Below, piece after piece: positions 34,472 through 44,065 of a stretch of 64,000 bases of DNA. Every line of letters begins with the position of its first letter. Position 1 is the stretch's first letter. The stretch is from a virus, in IMG/VR virus record IMGVR_UViG_3300029720_000418, positions 3,344-67,343 of that record; one strand, written 5' to 3'. A program made the translations under genes and the position numbers. The notes beneath the pieces are model-generated. The model ran no database searches. It saw nothing but the letters and a program-made list of their open reading frames with translations, and had not been told where the DNA came from.

Positions 34472-34523
34472 TTTATAAGTGTTATGAAACAGTATGGAAA
34501 CTATAAGAAAGGAGATCAGAAAC

Positions 34524-34877
34524 ATGGCAAAAGTGAAGCAAACCTCAACCAAAGACACAAAAAAGAGCCTCAGACCAGCTTTAACACCAGAGGCAAGAGA
34601 AAACAGAGCTATTGCTTTGGCTATGGATTTGGTCGAGCAGCGGTTGATTGATGGAACGGCATCATCACAGGAAACAACTCATTTTTTGAAGCTTGGTTCT
34701 GTAAAGAATAAACTCGAGATAGAGAAACTTAAAGCTGAGAATGATCTCATCCACGCAAAAGCAGAAATGGTACGGGCTCAGAAGAATAATGAGGAGATGT
34801 TTAAGGATGCTATCGCGGCAATGAAGGAGTATAGTGGCAATGGAACTATGGAGGATGATGTAGAAGATGAATGTTAA
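34524..34877 (+). CDS. putative terminase small subunit
   Basis: Sits immediately upstream of the HNH and TerL genes. ATG after AGAAAGGAGAT. Small helical protein. Assignment is by position only. Confidence 0.35.
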   Translation: MAKVKQTSTKDTKKSLRPALTPEARENRAIALAMDLVEQRLIDGTASSQETTHFLKLGSVKNKLEIEKLKAENDLIHAKAEMVRAQKNNEEMFKDAIAAMKEYSGNGTMEDDVEDEC

Positions 34878-35286
34878 AAGATATTCAGAACTTATAAAAT
34901 TTCCAACATTCGAAGAAAGATATGACTATCTGAAATTGAATGGTCGAGTCGGTGAAGACACTTTTGGTTTTGATAGATATCTGAATCAAGTTTTTTATCG
35001 ATCAAAAGAATGGCGATCAGTGAGAGATTTTGTTATAGCAAGAGATAACGGATGCGATTTAGCAATTGATGGTCGAGAGATATTTGATAAAATTCTAATA
35101 CATCATATGAATCCGATTACTAAGGATGATGTGCTAAAAAGGCAAGATTATATTTTGAATCCCGAGTATCTGATAACAGTTACAAAGCGTACACATGATG
35201 CAATACATTATGGCGATAAAGAATTGTTATTAAGCACGTCGCCAATTACAAGAACTAAGAATGATACATGTCCATGGAGACATTAA
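34867..35286 (+). CDS. HNH endonuclease (terminase-associated type)
   Basis: H-N-H motif ILIHHMNP ... THDAIH. Located next to the terminase genes. Confidence 0.7.
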   Translation: MNVKRYSELIKFPTFEERYDYLKLNGRVGEDTFGFDRYLNQVFYRSKEWRSVRDFVIARDNGCDLAIDGREIFDKILIHHMNPITKDDVLKRQDYILNPEYLITVTKRTHDAIHYGDKELLLSTSPITRTKNDTCPWRH

Positions 35287-35290
35287 AGTG

Positions 35291-35320
35291 AGAAGCCTGA
35301 CGATAGGCTTCTTTTTTATT
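35291..35320 (+). terminator. rho-independent terminator
   Basis: AGAAGCCTGACGATAGGCTTCT followed by TTTTTTATT. Confidence 0.55.
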
Positions 35321-35337
35321 TGAGAGGAGGTATGCAA

Positions 35338-35715
35338 ATGAGCGAAGTCACAAATGCGAACGACAGCATTCTTACATCAATCAAGAAGATTCTTGGAATA
35401 CCAGAAGAGCATGAACACTTTGATGCGGATATCATTATGCATATCAACACAGTTTTTATGATTCTCAATCAACTTGGTGTCGGACCTGCTTCTGGTTTTA
35501 AGATTCTGGATAAAACTACGATGTGGGACGACTATTTGAAAGATGATAGTCAGTTAGAAGCTGTGAAATCTTATATGGGCTATAAAGTTCGATTGATGTT
35601 TGACCCTCCATCAAGCTCAGCCATCACAGAGTCAATTAATCGTGTTGTTAGTGAGCTTGAATGGCGAATACTTGTGATGGTCGAAAGTAAAAATTCTCGA
35701 GAGGAGGAATCATGA
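35338..35715 (+). CDS. hypothetical protein (125 aa)
   Basis: ATG 7 nt after GAGGAGG. A terminator at 35291-35320 precedes it. Confidence 0.5.
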   Translation: MSEVTNANDSILTSIKKILGIPEEHEHFDADIIMHINTVFMILNQLGVGPASGFKILDKTTMWDDYLKDDSQLEAVKSYMGYKVRLMFDPPSSSAITESINRVVSELEWRILVMVESKNSREEES

Positions 35716-36347
35716 TGTACGAATATGTATTATGCCATCATGGTGTTCTTGGTATGAAATGGGGTGTCCGTAGATACCAGAATGCTGATGGAAGTCTTAC
35801 GTATGCTGGAAAGAAACGAGCATTGAAAATCCAGAATAAATATACAAATTTTACGGAGAATCAAAAGTATCGAAAGAAGAATGGCGACTATACATATGCC
35901 GGTCGTAAGAAGTCTTTGAAGATGCGAGAGAAGTATTCAGCTGTTACTGGCGGAAAGAAGTTGACAAAGTTTGTTCCACCATCACAGCCAGCAAGTTCTG
36001 GAAAACCCAAAACATTAGCAGAAATGTCAAACAAAGAGATCGCAGATAAGATCGATAGAATTAGATTGGAGAATACTCTTAAATCACTTACTCCGCAGAA
36101 AGTTTCAAAAGGTAAAAAATTTGCAGATGGGATGAAGTCGTTAGCGGTTTCGACATTGAAAGGTCCTGCAACAAAAATAGCAAGCGAGTATATCGAAAAG
36201 AAATTACGATCAAAACTTGATTTAGGAGATCCGAATACTAAGAAAAAAGAGTCAGAAAAATTACAGCAGGAAATGTTGGATGCTAGAAATAGATATAATA
36301 TTGAAAACTTCACAAAGTTGTATAACGACTTGAAAAATAAGAAATAG
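35712..36347 (+). CDS. lysine-rich basic protein, HHGVxGxKWGVR family member 2
   Basis: N-terminal LCHHGVLGMKWGVRRY. RBS GAGGAGGAA. Confidence 0.6.
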   Translation: MMYEYVLCHHGVLGMKWGVRRYQNADGSLTYAGKKRALKIQNKYTNFTENQKYRKKNGDYTYAGRKKSLKMREKYSAVTGGKKLTKFVPPSQPASSGKPKTLAEMSNKEIADKIDRIRLENTLKSLTPQKVSKGKKFADGMKSLAVSTLKGPATKIASEYIEKKLRSKLDLGDPNTKKKESEKLQQEMLDARNRYNIENFTKLYNDLKNKK

Positions 36348-36359
36348 GAGTGATTTTAT

Positions 36360-38123
36360 ATGGCATTATCGAACACCGCCACCCCACGATACTACGGCGA
36401 GTTTCGAGATGCCGTACTTCGAGGCGAAATCCCGGTAAATGAAAAAATCGAGATGGAAATGAATCGAATAGACGCGTTGATACAGAATCCTGGCGTCTAC
36501 TACGATGATAAGGCAATAGATGGGTTTATTGCTTATTGTGAAAAAGAATTGGTTCTAACAAATGGCGATGATCTACATTTATTGGATTCATTTAAACTGT
36601 GGGCTGAGCAGATTTTTGGATGGTATTATTTTGTAGAGAGAAGTGTATATGTGCCATCAAAAGATGGACACGGGGGGCACTATGCGAGAAAACGAATTAA
36701 GAAGCGGCTTATAAATAAGCAGTATTTAATAGTTGCAAGAGGTGCAGCAAAATCTATGTATGCTTCCTGCATTCAAAACTATTTCTTGAATGTCGATACA
36801 TCCACAACACATCAGGTCACAACAGCTCCAACAATGCCACAAGCGGAAGAGGTTATGTCACCGATCAAGACAGCCATAACCAGAGCGAGAGGGCCGCTAT
36901 ATCAATTTCTTACTTATGGGTCATTGCAGAATACGACTGGTTCAAAAGCTGACCGAGTAAAGCTTGCCAGCACGAAGAAGGGGATTCAGAATTTCTTGAC
37001 CGGATCATTATTGGAAGTAAGACCAATGTCGATTGACAAGCTTCAGGGTTTACGTGTAAAGATAGCTACTGTGGATGAATGGTTATCAGGAGATGTCCGG
37101 GAAGATGTAATTGGTGCGTTGGAGCAGGGTGCCGCTAAGGAACAGGGCGGAGGAATGAATGACGACTACCTTATTGTAGCGATTTCCTCCGAAGGAACTG
37201 TCCGTAATGGTTCAGGAGATACAATCAAAATGGAATTGATGAGTATATTAAAAGGCGAGTACAATGCTCCGCATACATCGATATGGTGGTATGCTCTTGA
37301 TTCTGTCGATGAAGTATCAGATCCGGATTTATGGATAAAAGCAAATCCAAACCTTGGAAAAACTGTAAGTTATGAAACGTATCAGCTGGATGTCGAGAGA
37401 GCCGAAAAGAATCCGGCAGTTCGGAATGATATTTTGGCAAAGAGATTCGGTATACCCATGGAGGGTTATACATATTACTTCACATATGAAGAAACTCTTC
37501 CGCATAGAAAGAAAGAGTATTGGCAAATGCCATGTTCAATGGGAGCAGATCTTTCTCAGGGCGATGATTTCTGTTCTTTCGCATTTCTATTTCCATTATC
37601 TAATGGAGAATTCGGCGTAAAAACAAGAAACTACATAACCGAGCTTACTTTAAATAAGCTGCCTTCGGCTATGAGAATTAAATATGAAGAATTTATGAAT
37701 GAAGGAAGTCTTATTGTCATGGATGGAAACATTCTCGATATGATGCAGGTATTCGACGATTTGGACGAATACATCCTGTCTATTGGCTACGATGTTCGGT
37801 GTTTTGGATATGATCCATACAATGCTAAAGAATTTGTGGAAAGATGGGCAAGAGAAAATGGTCCATTTGGCATTGAGAAAGTAATACAGGGAACAAAGAC
37901 CGAGTCAGTCCCATTAGGTGAATTAAAGAAGTTATCAGAAGAGAGAATGCTACTGTTCGATGAGAAGCTTATGACCTTTGCGATGGGAAACTGTATTGTC
38001 ATGGAGGATACGAATGGAAACCGTAAGCTTCTGAAGAAACGACATGATGCGAAGATCGATGCTGTAGCGGCTATGATGGATGCCTTTGTCGCATTCAAAC
38101 TGAATCGAGAAGCATTTGAATAA
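36360..38123 (+). CDS. terL: terminase large subunit
   Basis: N-terminal ATPase (VARGAAKS P-loop-like, DEW) and C-terminal RNaseH-like nuclease (KRHDAKIDAVAAMMDAF). Length and position are typical. Confidence 0.8.
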   Translation: MALSNTATPRYYGEFRDAVLRGEIPVNEKIEMEMNRIDALIQNPGVYYDDKAIDGFIAYCEKELVLTNGDDLHLLDSFKLWAEQIFGWYYFVERSVYVPSKDGHGGHYARKRIKKRLINKQYLIVARGAAKSMYASCIQNYFLNVDTSTTHQVTTAPTMPQAEEVMSPIKTAITRARGPLYQFLTYGSLQNTTGSKADRVKLASTKKGIQNFLTGSLLEVRPMSIDKLQGLRVKIATVDEWLSGDVREDVIGALEQGAAKEQGGGMNDDYLIVAISSEGTVRNGSGDTIKMELMSILKGEYNAPHTSIWWYALDSVDEVSDPDLWIKANPNLGKTVSYETYQLDVERAEKNPAVRNDILAKRFGIPMEGYTYYFTYEETLPHRKKEYWQMPCSMGADLSQGDDFCSFAFLFPLSNGEFGVKTRNYITELTLNKLPSAMRIKYEEFMNEGSLIVMDGNILDMMQVFDDLDEYILSIGYDVRCFGYDPYNAKEFVERWARENGPFGIEKVIQGTKTESVPLGELKKLSEERMLLFDEKLMTFAMGNCIVMEDTNGNRKLLKKRHDAKIDAVAAMMDAFVAFKLNREAFE

Positions 38124-38136
38124 AGGAGGAAACACA

Positions 38137-38676
38137 ATGTACGAGAATGAATTATATCATCATGGTGTTCTTGGTATGAAATGGGGTGTTAGAAAAGCAT
38201 ACCATCGAGTAAGCCAAAATGATCGTTTACAGAAGAGAGCTTTTAATTATGATAAAAAGTCTGCTGTAGCAACAAAAAAATCAGAAAAAATACACGCAAA
38301 GAAAGATCTGGCACGATCAAACAGAAATGCAATACGTTCTGCAAAATATGCTAAAAAATCTTCAGTTCTTAATAAAAAAGCTTTGAAACTCGATGACGGG
38401 TATAAGCGAAGTATGCTCGAACGAAAAGCAGCTAATTTAAGTTTTAAATCCGCTAAAAAGAAGATAAAAGCTGATAGAATTTCCAAGACAAAGGGTTACG
38501 GTGCACGGGCGTTAAAGTATTCCATAAAATCAGATAAGTTTATCATGAAAGCACAAAAAATGCGGAAGAAATTGGCTTCTAATAACGCTTATATGGAAAA
38601 AATGAATAGAAAAGTAAACTCGCTTCCAAAAGATAAGATCGAAGAAGTGCGGGCATATATGAACAGTTTTTCGTAA
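38137..38676 (+). CDS. lysine-rich basic protein, HHGVxGxKWGVR family member 3
   Basis: N-terminal LYHHGVLGMKWGVRKAY. RBS AAGGAGG. Confidence 0.6.
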   Translation: MYENELYHHGVLGMKWGVRKAYHRVSQNDRLQKRAFNYDKKSAVATKKSEKIHAKKDLARSNRNAIRSAKYAKKSSVLNKKALKLDDGYKRSMLERKAANLSFKSAKKKIKADRISKTKGYGARALKYSIKSDKFIMKAQKMRKKLASNNAYMEKMNRKVNSLPKDKIEEVRAYMNSFS

Positions 38677-38709
38677 ATTCACAATAACATATAAATAAAG
38701 GAGGTCAAA

Positions 38710-39963
38710 ATGGAATTGAATATTGGATCTAGGCTTAAAAGAGCCTGGAATGCGTTTACTAACCGGGATCCTACAGGTGGCTATAAATCTGTCGGACCCG
38801 GTTATTCTTTATCTCCGAGTAGACCAAGACTATCCAGAGGTAACGAAAAATCTATAGTCAATGCTGTATTAACACGTATTGCGATGGATGCAGCAGCCAT
38901 AGATATTAAGCATTGTCGGTTAGACAAGAATGGACGTTATTTGGAAGACGTTGATTCTCCACTCAACGATTGTTTCAACTTGTCAGCAAATATTGATCAG
39001 ACGGGCAGAGCATTCAAACTGGATATATATCTGTCGTTACTAGACGAGGGTTGTATTGCTCTCGTTCCAATAGACACGACAGATAATCCAGACGATACGA
39101 ATTCCTACGATATTAACTCGATGCGTGTATGTAGGATTCTCGACTGGTATCCTCGACATGTTCGAGTTCTTGCCTACAACGATCGAACTGGCGAAAAAGA
39201 GGAATTGGTGATGCCGAAGAGTCAAGTGGCTATTATCGAGAATCCGGCATATTCAGTTATGAATGAACCTAACTCGACCATGCAACGTCTGAAGAAGAAG
39301 CTTAGTTTGTTGGATGCTACCGATGAACAGTCTGCTTCTGGAAAATTGGATTTAATTATTCAGCTCCCATATGCGGTAAAAGGTGAACTTCGTCGCCAGC
39401 AGGCTGAAGAGCGAAGGAAAGACATCGAAGATCAATTGATGAATGGTAAGTATGGAATTGCCTGGACTGATGGTACTGAGAAAATTACCCAGCTTAATCG
39501 ATCGGTTGAGAACAATCTTATGAAACAGATTGAGTATCTTACCAACCTGTTCTATAGCCAGTTGGGGGTTACTCAGAGTGTTATGGATGGCACCGCTGAT
39601 GAAAAGACGATGCTTAATTACAATAACAGAACAATCGAGCCTTTGGTGGCCGCGGTTGTTGATGAAGTGAAACGAAAGTTTCTTACGAAGACTGCCCGAA
39701 CAAAAGGACAGTCTATTTCTTATTTCACAGACCCATTCAAACTGGTTCCGGTTGATAACATCGCTGAAATAGCAGACAAGTTCACAAGAAATGAAATTAT
39801 GACTTCAAATGAAATCAGACAGATTATCGGAATGAAACCGTCGGATGATCCGAAGGCTGATCAGCTTATAAACAGTAATATCAGCCAACCAAACCAGGGA
39901 GAAGAGTTGGTGGTGGGTGATACAGAAAATGAAGAAAGGAGCGAAGGTCAAAATGGGTATTAA
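38710..39963 (+). CDS. portal protein
   Basis: A 417-aa gene directly after terL. RBS AAAGGAGG. The composition and order are typical of a portal. Confidence 0.6.
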   Translation: MELNIGSRLKRAWNAFTNRDPTGGYKSVGPGYSLSPSRPRLSRGNEKSIVNAVLTRIAMDAAAIDIKHCRLDKNGRYLEDVDSPLNDCFNLSANIDQTGRAFKLDIYLSLLDEGCIALVPIDTTDNPDDTNSYDINSMRVCRILDWYPRHVRVLAYNDRTGEKEELVMPKSQVAIIENPAYSVMNEPNSTMQRLKKKLSLLDATDEQSASGKLDLIIQLPYAVKGELRRQQAEERRKDIEDQLMNGKYGIAWTDGTEKITQLNRSVENNLMKQIEYLTNLFYSQLGVTQSVMDGTADEKTMLNYNNRTIEPLVAAVVDEVKRKFLTKTARTKGQSISYFTDPFKLVPVDNIAEIADKFTRNEIMTSNEIRQIIGMKPSDDPKADQLINSNISQPNQGEELVVGDTENEERSEGQNGY

Positions 39964-41773
39964 TTGCGACTTTAGTGGATGGGCTACCCGAAACGATTTG
40001 TTATGCGGTGACGGTAGAACCATTCGAAAAGACGCCTTTGCACAGAATGATGGGTGTCAGGTTCCTCTTGTTTGGAACCACAAACATGATGACGTGAATG
40101 CCGTGCTTGGACATGCTGTTTTGGAAAATCGACCAGAGGGTGTCTATGCATATGGAGTGTTCAACGACAGCCCGCAGGGACAGAAAGCAAAGGATCTTGT
40201 ACAGAATGGTGATGTTCGATCTTTGTCCATTTGGGCAAATGAACTGAAACAGATTGGAGGAGATGTGATTCACGGAAATATTCGTGAACTCAGTCTTGTA
40301 TTAGCAGGTGCTAATCCCGGAGCATACGTAGATTTCGTAATGGCGCACAGCACTGAGGAAGAGGATAGTTTGTATGCCTCTTGGGACGAAAATATTATGC
40401 TTCATCACTCTGCTGATGGAGAGAAAGGAGATTCAAAAATGGACGGCAACAATAAGCCAGAAGAGAAGAAAAAGGATGTGGCCGAAAAGCCAGAAGAAAA
40501 CAAAGAGAGAACAATTCAGGATGTGATCGACACGATGAATAAAGAACAGCAGGATGTCCTTTACGGATTACTTGCTATGACAGAGGGTGACGATGACGAC
40601 GATGATAGTGAAGGAGGAGATAACTCTATGAAACATAATTTATTTGACAAGAATAATGAAACTGCTCAGCAGAATGTACTTAGCCATTCAGATGAGATGG
40701 CGATCGTCGCACTCGCAAAGCAGAGCGGTGTCGGTAGCCTTCAGCAGGCTATGGCGATTTACGCAGAAGAGAATAAGGATACTTTGTCACACGGTATCTT
40801 TGATGACAGTGTTGAGGAGCTTTTCCCAGAGTATGAGCTTCTCAAGAAGGGTGAACCTGAAACACTTGAGAGAGATCAGAGCTGGATTGGATCTGTAATT
40901 TCTAAGATTCATAAGAGCCCAATCAGCCGTATTCGTACAAGACAGGCGGACGCTCGTATTGCAGAGCTTAGAGCTAGCGGTTATCAGAAGAAGGGAAATT
41001 ACAAGCATGAGTCAGAGCAGATCAAGCTGCTTAGTCGTACAACAGACCCACAGACAATCTACATCAAGGATACAATGCATCGAGACGATATTGTCGACAT
41101 TACAGACTTTGATGTTGTAGCTTATCAGTGGAACATGATGCGTCATGTACTTGATGAGGAAATGGCTATGGCCGCTCTTGTTGGTGATGGTCGTGATGAT
41201 GGTGATCCGGATAAGATCCACGAAGATCATATTCGTTCAGTATGGCATGACGATGAGCTTTATACAATCCATCAGGTTGTGGATTTCGAAACCGCAAAGA
41301 CAAAGCTTCAGGGCACAAATACAGGAGCTAACTTCAGTGAGAACTATATCAAAGCAGAGGCTATGATTGAGTCAGCTTTGTATTCTCGTGAGAAGTTCAA
41401 GGGTTCTGGAACACCAGATTTGTACTGCACACCACATCTTCTTAATGTAATGCTTCTTGCTCGTGACCTTAATGGTCGTCGTATCTATGATTCCAAGGCA
41501 GATCTTGCCAAGGCGCTCAATGTAAATGAAATTCATACTGTTGAGCAGTTCGAGGGACTTGAGAGAACAGCAGATGATGGTAAGAGAAAGCTTCTTGGTT
41601 TGTTTGTCAACATGGCTGATTATCAGTTTGGCGCTACTAAGGGCGGCGAAGTTACAAGATTCTCAGATTTCGATATCGACTTCAACCAGTACAAGTACAT
41701 GCTGGAGACAAGACTTTCTGGAGCACTTACAAAGGTTTACTCTGCAATCGCTCTCGAAGAGAAGGTTTCGTAG
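39953..41773 (+). CDS. prohead protease (HK97 family) - scaffold-like acidic linker - major capsid protein fusion
   Basis: Protease motifs: WNHKHDDVNAVLGHA, GDVRSLSIWA, ELSLVLAGANPGA. Poly-D/E coiled-coil middle region. C-terminal HK97-like capsid domain. Start could be 39917 or 39929. Confidence 0.7.
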   Translation: MGINCDFSGWATRNDLLCGDGRTIRKDAFAQNDGCQVPLVWNHKHDDVNAVLGHAVLENRPEGVYAYGVFNDSPQGQKAKDLVQNGDVRSLSIWANELKQIGGDVIHGNIRELSLVLAGANPGAYVDFVMAHSTEEEDSLYASWDENIMLHHSADGEKGDSKMDGNNKPEEKKKDVAEKPEENKERTIQDVIDTMNKEQQDVLYGLLAMTEGDDDDDDSEGGDNSMKHNLFDKNNETAQQNVLSHSDEMAIVALAKQSGVGSLQQAMAIYAEENKDTLSHGIFDDSVEELFPEYELLKKGEPETLERDQSWIGSVISKIHKSPISRIRTRQADARIAELRASGYQKKGNYKHESEQIKLLSRTTDPQTIYIKDTMHRDDIVDITDFDVVAYQWNMMRHVLDEEMAMAALVGDGRDDGDPDKIHEDHIRSVWHDDELYTIHQVVDFETAKTKLQGTNTGANFSENYIKAEAMIESALYSREKFKGSGTPDLYCTPHLLNVMLLARDLNGRRIYDSKADLAKALNVNEIHTVEQFEGLERTADDGKRKLLGLFVNMADYQFGATKGGEVTRFSDFDIDFNQYKYMLETRLSGALTKVYSAIALEEKVS

Positions 41774-41804
41774 TTGCGTAATTATATAAGGAGGAACATG
41801 GATT

Positions 41805-42080
41805 ATGGAAAAGATCATGGAAAATTCTAGTGACTTACATGTAGTAGCAAGAAAGGTATATGCAAAGCCTAGCGACGCTTATGCTTATTCTGATTCAGAT
41901 TACAAGACAAAGATCTCAGCAGATGAGTTGTATGACACATTTGTTAAAGGGATGATCGTCATCGATGCTGGAGTAGAGTACAAGCCAATCAGCGTTAAGG
42001 TTGCTTCTAAAGTGGCAACTGTGTCATATGTTAAGGCTGGCTCTACAAATCCGGAGATTGCGACTGTTAAGTCTGAGTAG
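41805..42080 (+). CDS. putative head-tail connector/neck protein
   Basis: Small gene between the capsid and tail genes. RBS AAGGAGG. Confidence 0.45.
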   Translation: MEKIMENSSDLHVVARKVYAKPSDAYAYSDSDYKTKISADELYDTFVKGMIVIDAGVEYKPISVKVASKVATVSYVKAGSTNPEIATVKSE

Positions 42081-42099
42081 TTAAGGAGGAAAATTCAAA

Positions 42100-42417
42100 A
42101 TGGGTAAATGGTATGGAAATGTCGGTTTTGCACATACAACTGAAAATAATCCTGGTGAATGGGATTCCGAGATTATCGAGAAATCATATTTCGGAGATAT
42201 TATGGGCAATCGATGGAAACGCCAGAATTCCGGTGGAATAAATGACGATGTCAATATTTCCAACATTATCAGCATTGTTGCTGATTCGTTTGCCAATGAG
42301 AATTGCTCTGAAATTGTGTATGCGGAATTCTTGGGTATAAAGTGGAAGGTTACAGATATCGAGCCACAATACCCAAGATTACTGCTCACATTAGGGGGTG
42401 TGTATAATGGCGAGTAG
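42100..42417 (+). CDS. putative neck/head-closure protein
   Basis: RBS TAAGGAGG. Assignment by position. Confidence 0.45.
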   Translation: MGKWYGNVGFAHTTENNPGEWDSEIIEKSYFGDIMGNRWKRQNSGGINDDVNISNIISIVADSFANENCSEIVYAEFLGIKWKVTDIEPQYPRLLLTLGGVYNGE

Positions 42418-42712
42418 GGTTGATTTACAGGCTAAACTGGAGGAAATCCTTGGGAGCAGAAACGTATATTATAAAGCCCCTGAAAATATTAAGATGAGCT
42501 ATCCAGCAATAATATATTCTCTTAATAATATAGAGGATAGAAACGCAAACAATAGTTCATACATAAGAAATAGAAGTTATAGTGTTACAGTGATATCAAA
42601 GCAATCAGATCCGGAAGTAATAAACAAATTGTTGGAACTTCCATACTGTTCTTTTGACAGACCATATGTATCTAATAATTTGAATCATTATGTATTCACT
42701 TTGTATTGGTAA
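42407..42712 (+). CDS. putative tail-completion/neck protein
   Basis: Overlaps its upstream neighbour. Followed by a terminator at 42715-42744. Confidence 0.45.
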   Translation: MASRVDLQAKLEEILGSRNVYYKAPENIKMSYPAIIYSLNNIEDRNANNSSYIRNRSYSVTVISKQSDPEVINKLLELPYCSFDRPYVSNNLNHYVFTLYW

Positions 42713-42714
42713 TT

Positions 42715-42744
42715 AAGAGCTCATAATATGGGCTCTTTTTTATT
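42715..42744 (+). terminator. rho-independent terminator upstream of the major tail gene
   Basis: AGAGCTCATAATATGGGCTCT followed by TTTTTTATT. Confidence 0.55.
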
Positions 42745-42774
42745 ACCTAAAATTATAAAAAGGAGGACGGATAT

Positions 42775-43566
42775 ATGTCTAAGATTAAATGGGATGAAAC
42801 CGGAGAGCGTTTATTTGAAACTGGTGTGGAAAATGGAGCGTTGTTTGTACAGGACAATAGCGGAACTTATGAAAAAGGTGTGTCTTGGAATGGACTTACG
42901 AACGTAAGTGAGAGTCCGGAAGGTGGAGAAGTCACAACGTTGTATGCAGACGATGTAGCATACTTGGATCTTATCTCAGTAGAGAAGTACAAGTACACAA
43001 TCGAAGCATATGCTTCACCTGTTGAGTTTGATGCTTGTGATGGAACAACAAGTATTGCTAAGGGTGTTACGATTGGCCAGCAGTCTCGTAAGAAGTTTGG
43101 ATTCGCATACAAGTCACGTATCGGAAATGATATTGAAGGCTCCGATTTCGGATACAAGCTGCATATTGTGTATAACAGCTTGGCTTCTCCATCTGAGCGG
43201 TCACATGCATCCATTAATGATAGCCCAGAGGCAGAGACGTTGTCTTGGTCAGCTAGTTCGACAGCAGTAAATGTTGCCGGTCATAAGCCAACATCTACAG
43301 TAGTGATTAATAGCACAACAGCAGATCCTGCTAAGCTGGCTATTCTTGAGAATATTCTGTACGGAAAGGATAATGAGCTTACCAAGACTGAGCCTAAGAA
43401 CTGGTCAACAGATTACAAGAAGTATTATACAAAGTCTGGAGATAAGTTCGAAGCAGTTACTGGTGAATCTGCACCGACTTGGGAAGAGAACAAGTATTAC
43501 GACGAGGCGACAGAACCGAGATTACCACTCCCTGATGAGATCATGGAAATCATGGGACAGGAGTAG
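42775..43566 (+). CDS. major tail protein
   Basis: N-terminal KWDETGERLFETGVENGALF...WNGLTNVSESPEGGEVTTLYADDVAY is typical of siphovirus tail-tube proteins. Strong RBS and terminators on both sides, consistent with a highly expressed gene. Confidence 0.55.
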   Translation: MSKIKWDETGERLFETGVENGALFVQDNSGTYEKGVSWNGLTNVSESPEGGEVTTLYADDVAYLDLISVEKYKYTIEAYASPVEFDACDGTTSIAKGVTIGQQSRKKFGFAYKSRIGNDIEGSDFGYKLHIVYNSLASPSERSHASINDSPEAETLSWSASSTAVNVAGHKPTSTVVINSTTADPAKLAILENILYGKDNELTKTEPKNWSTDYKKYYTKSGDKFEAVTGESAPTWEENKYYDEATEPRLPLPDEIMEIMGQE

Positions 43567-43578
43567 AATATTAACCAT

Positions 43579-43613
43579 GGGACCTCACGATAATAGTGGG
43601 GTCTCTTTTTTAT
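43579..43613 (+). terminator. rho-independent terminator downstream of the major tail gene
   Basis: GGGACCTCACGATAATAGTGGGGTCTC followed by TTTTTTAT. Confidence 0.55.
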
Positions 43614-43629
43614 AAAAAGGAGGAGACCT

Positions 43630-44046
43630 ATGTTAAAGAAGACAATAACATATACAGATTTTAATGGCACAGAAAGAACGGAGGATTATTACTTCAATCT
43701 GAGTAAAGCAGAATTATTGGAGATGGAAGTTGGTACCACTGGCGGTTATGCCGAAAAGGTGCAGGCAATCATCGACGCAAAGGATTCACCTGACATCATG
43801 AAGATCTTCAAGGAGTTGTTACTTAAGGCGTACGGCGAGAAGTCAGCAGACGGAAAGCGGTTTATTAAGATTGACGACAATGGACGTCCATTAGCAATCG
43901 CGTTCGAGCAGACACCGGCATATTCCGAGATTTTCATGGAGCTTGCAACAGATGCAGACGCTGGCGCAGCGTTTATCAATGGTATTCTTCCGGCTGATTT
44001 GATCAAAGAAGCAAACAAGGCGGCGTTACCGAAGGCTGCTAATTAA
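43630..44046 (+). CDS. tail assembly chaperone (gpG-like)
   Basis: Acidic ~138-aa protein between the major tail protein and the tape measure. RBS AAAGGAGGAG. Confidence 0.45.
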   Translation: MLKKTITYTDFNGTERTEDYYFNLSKAELLEMEVGTTGGYAEKVQAIIDAKDSPDIMKIFKELLLKAYGEKSADGKRFIKIDDNGRPLAIAFEQTPAYSEIFMELATDADAGAAFINGILPADLIKEANKAALPKAAN

Positions 44047-44065
44047 TACGTCAAAATTGAGATGA

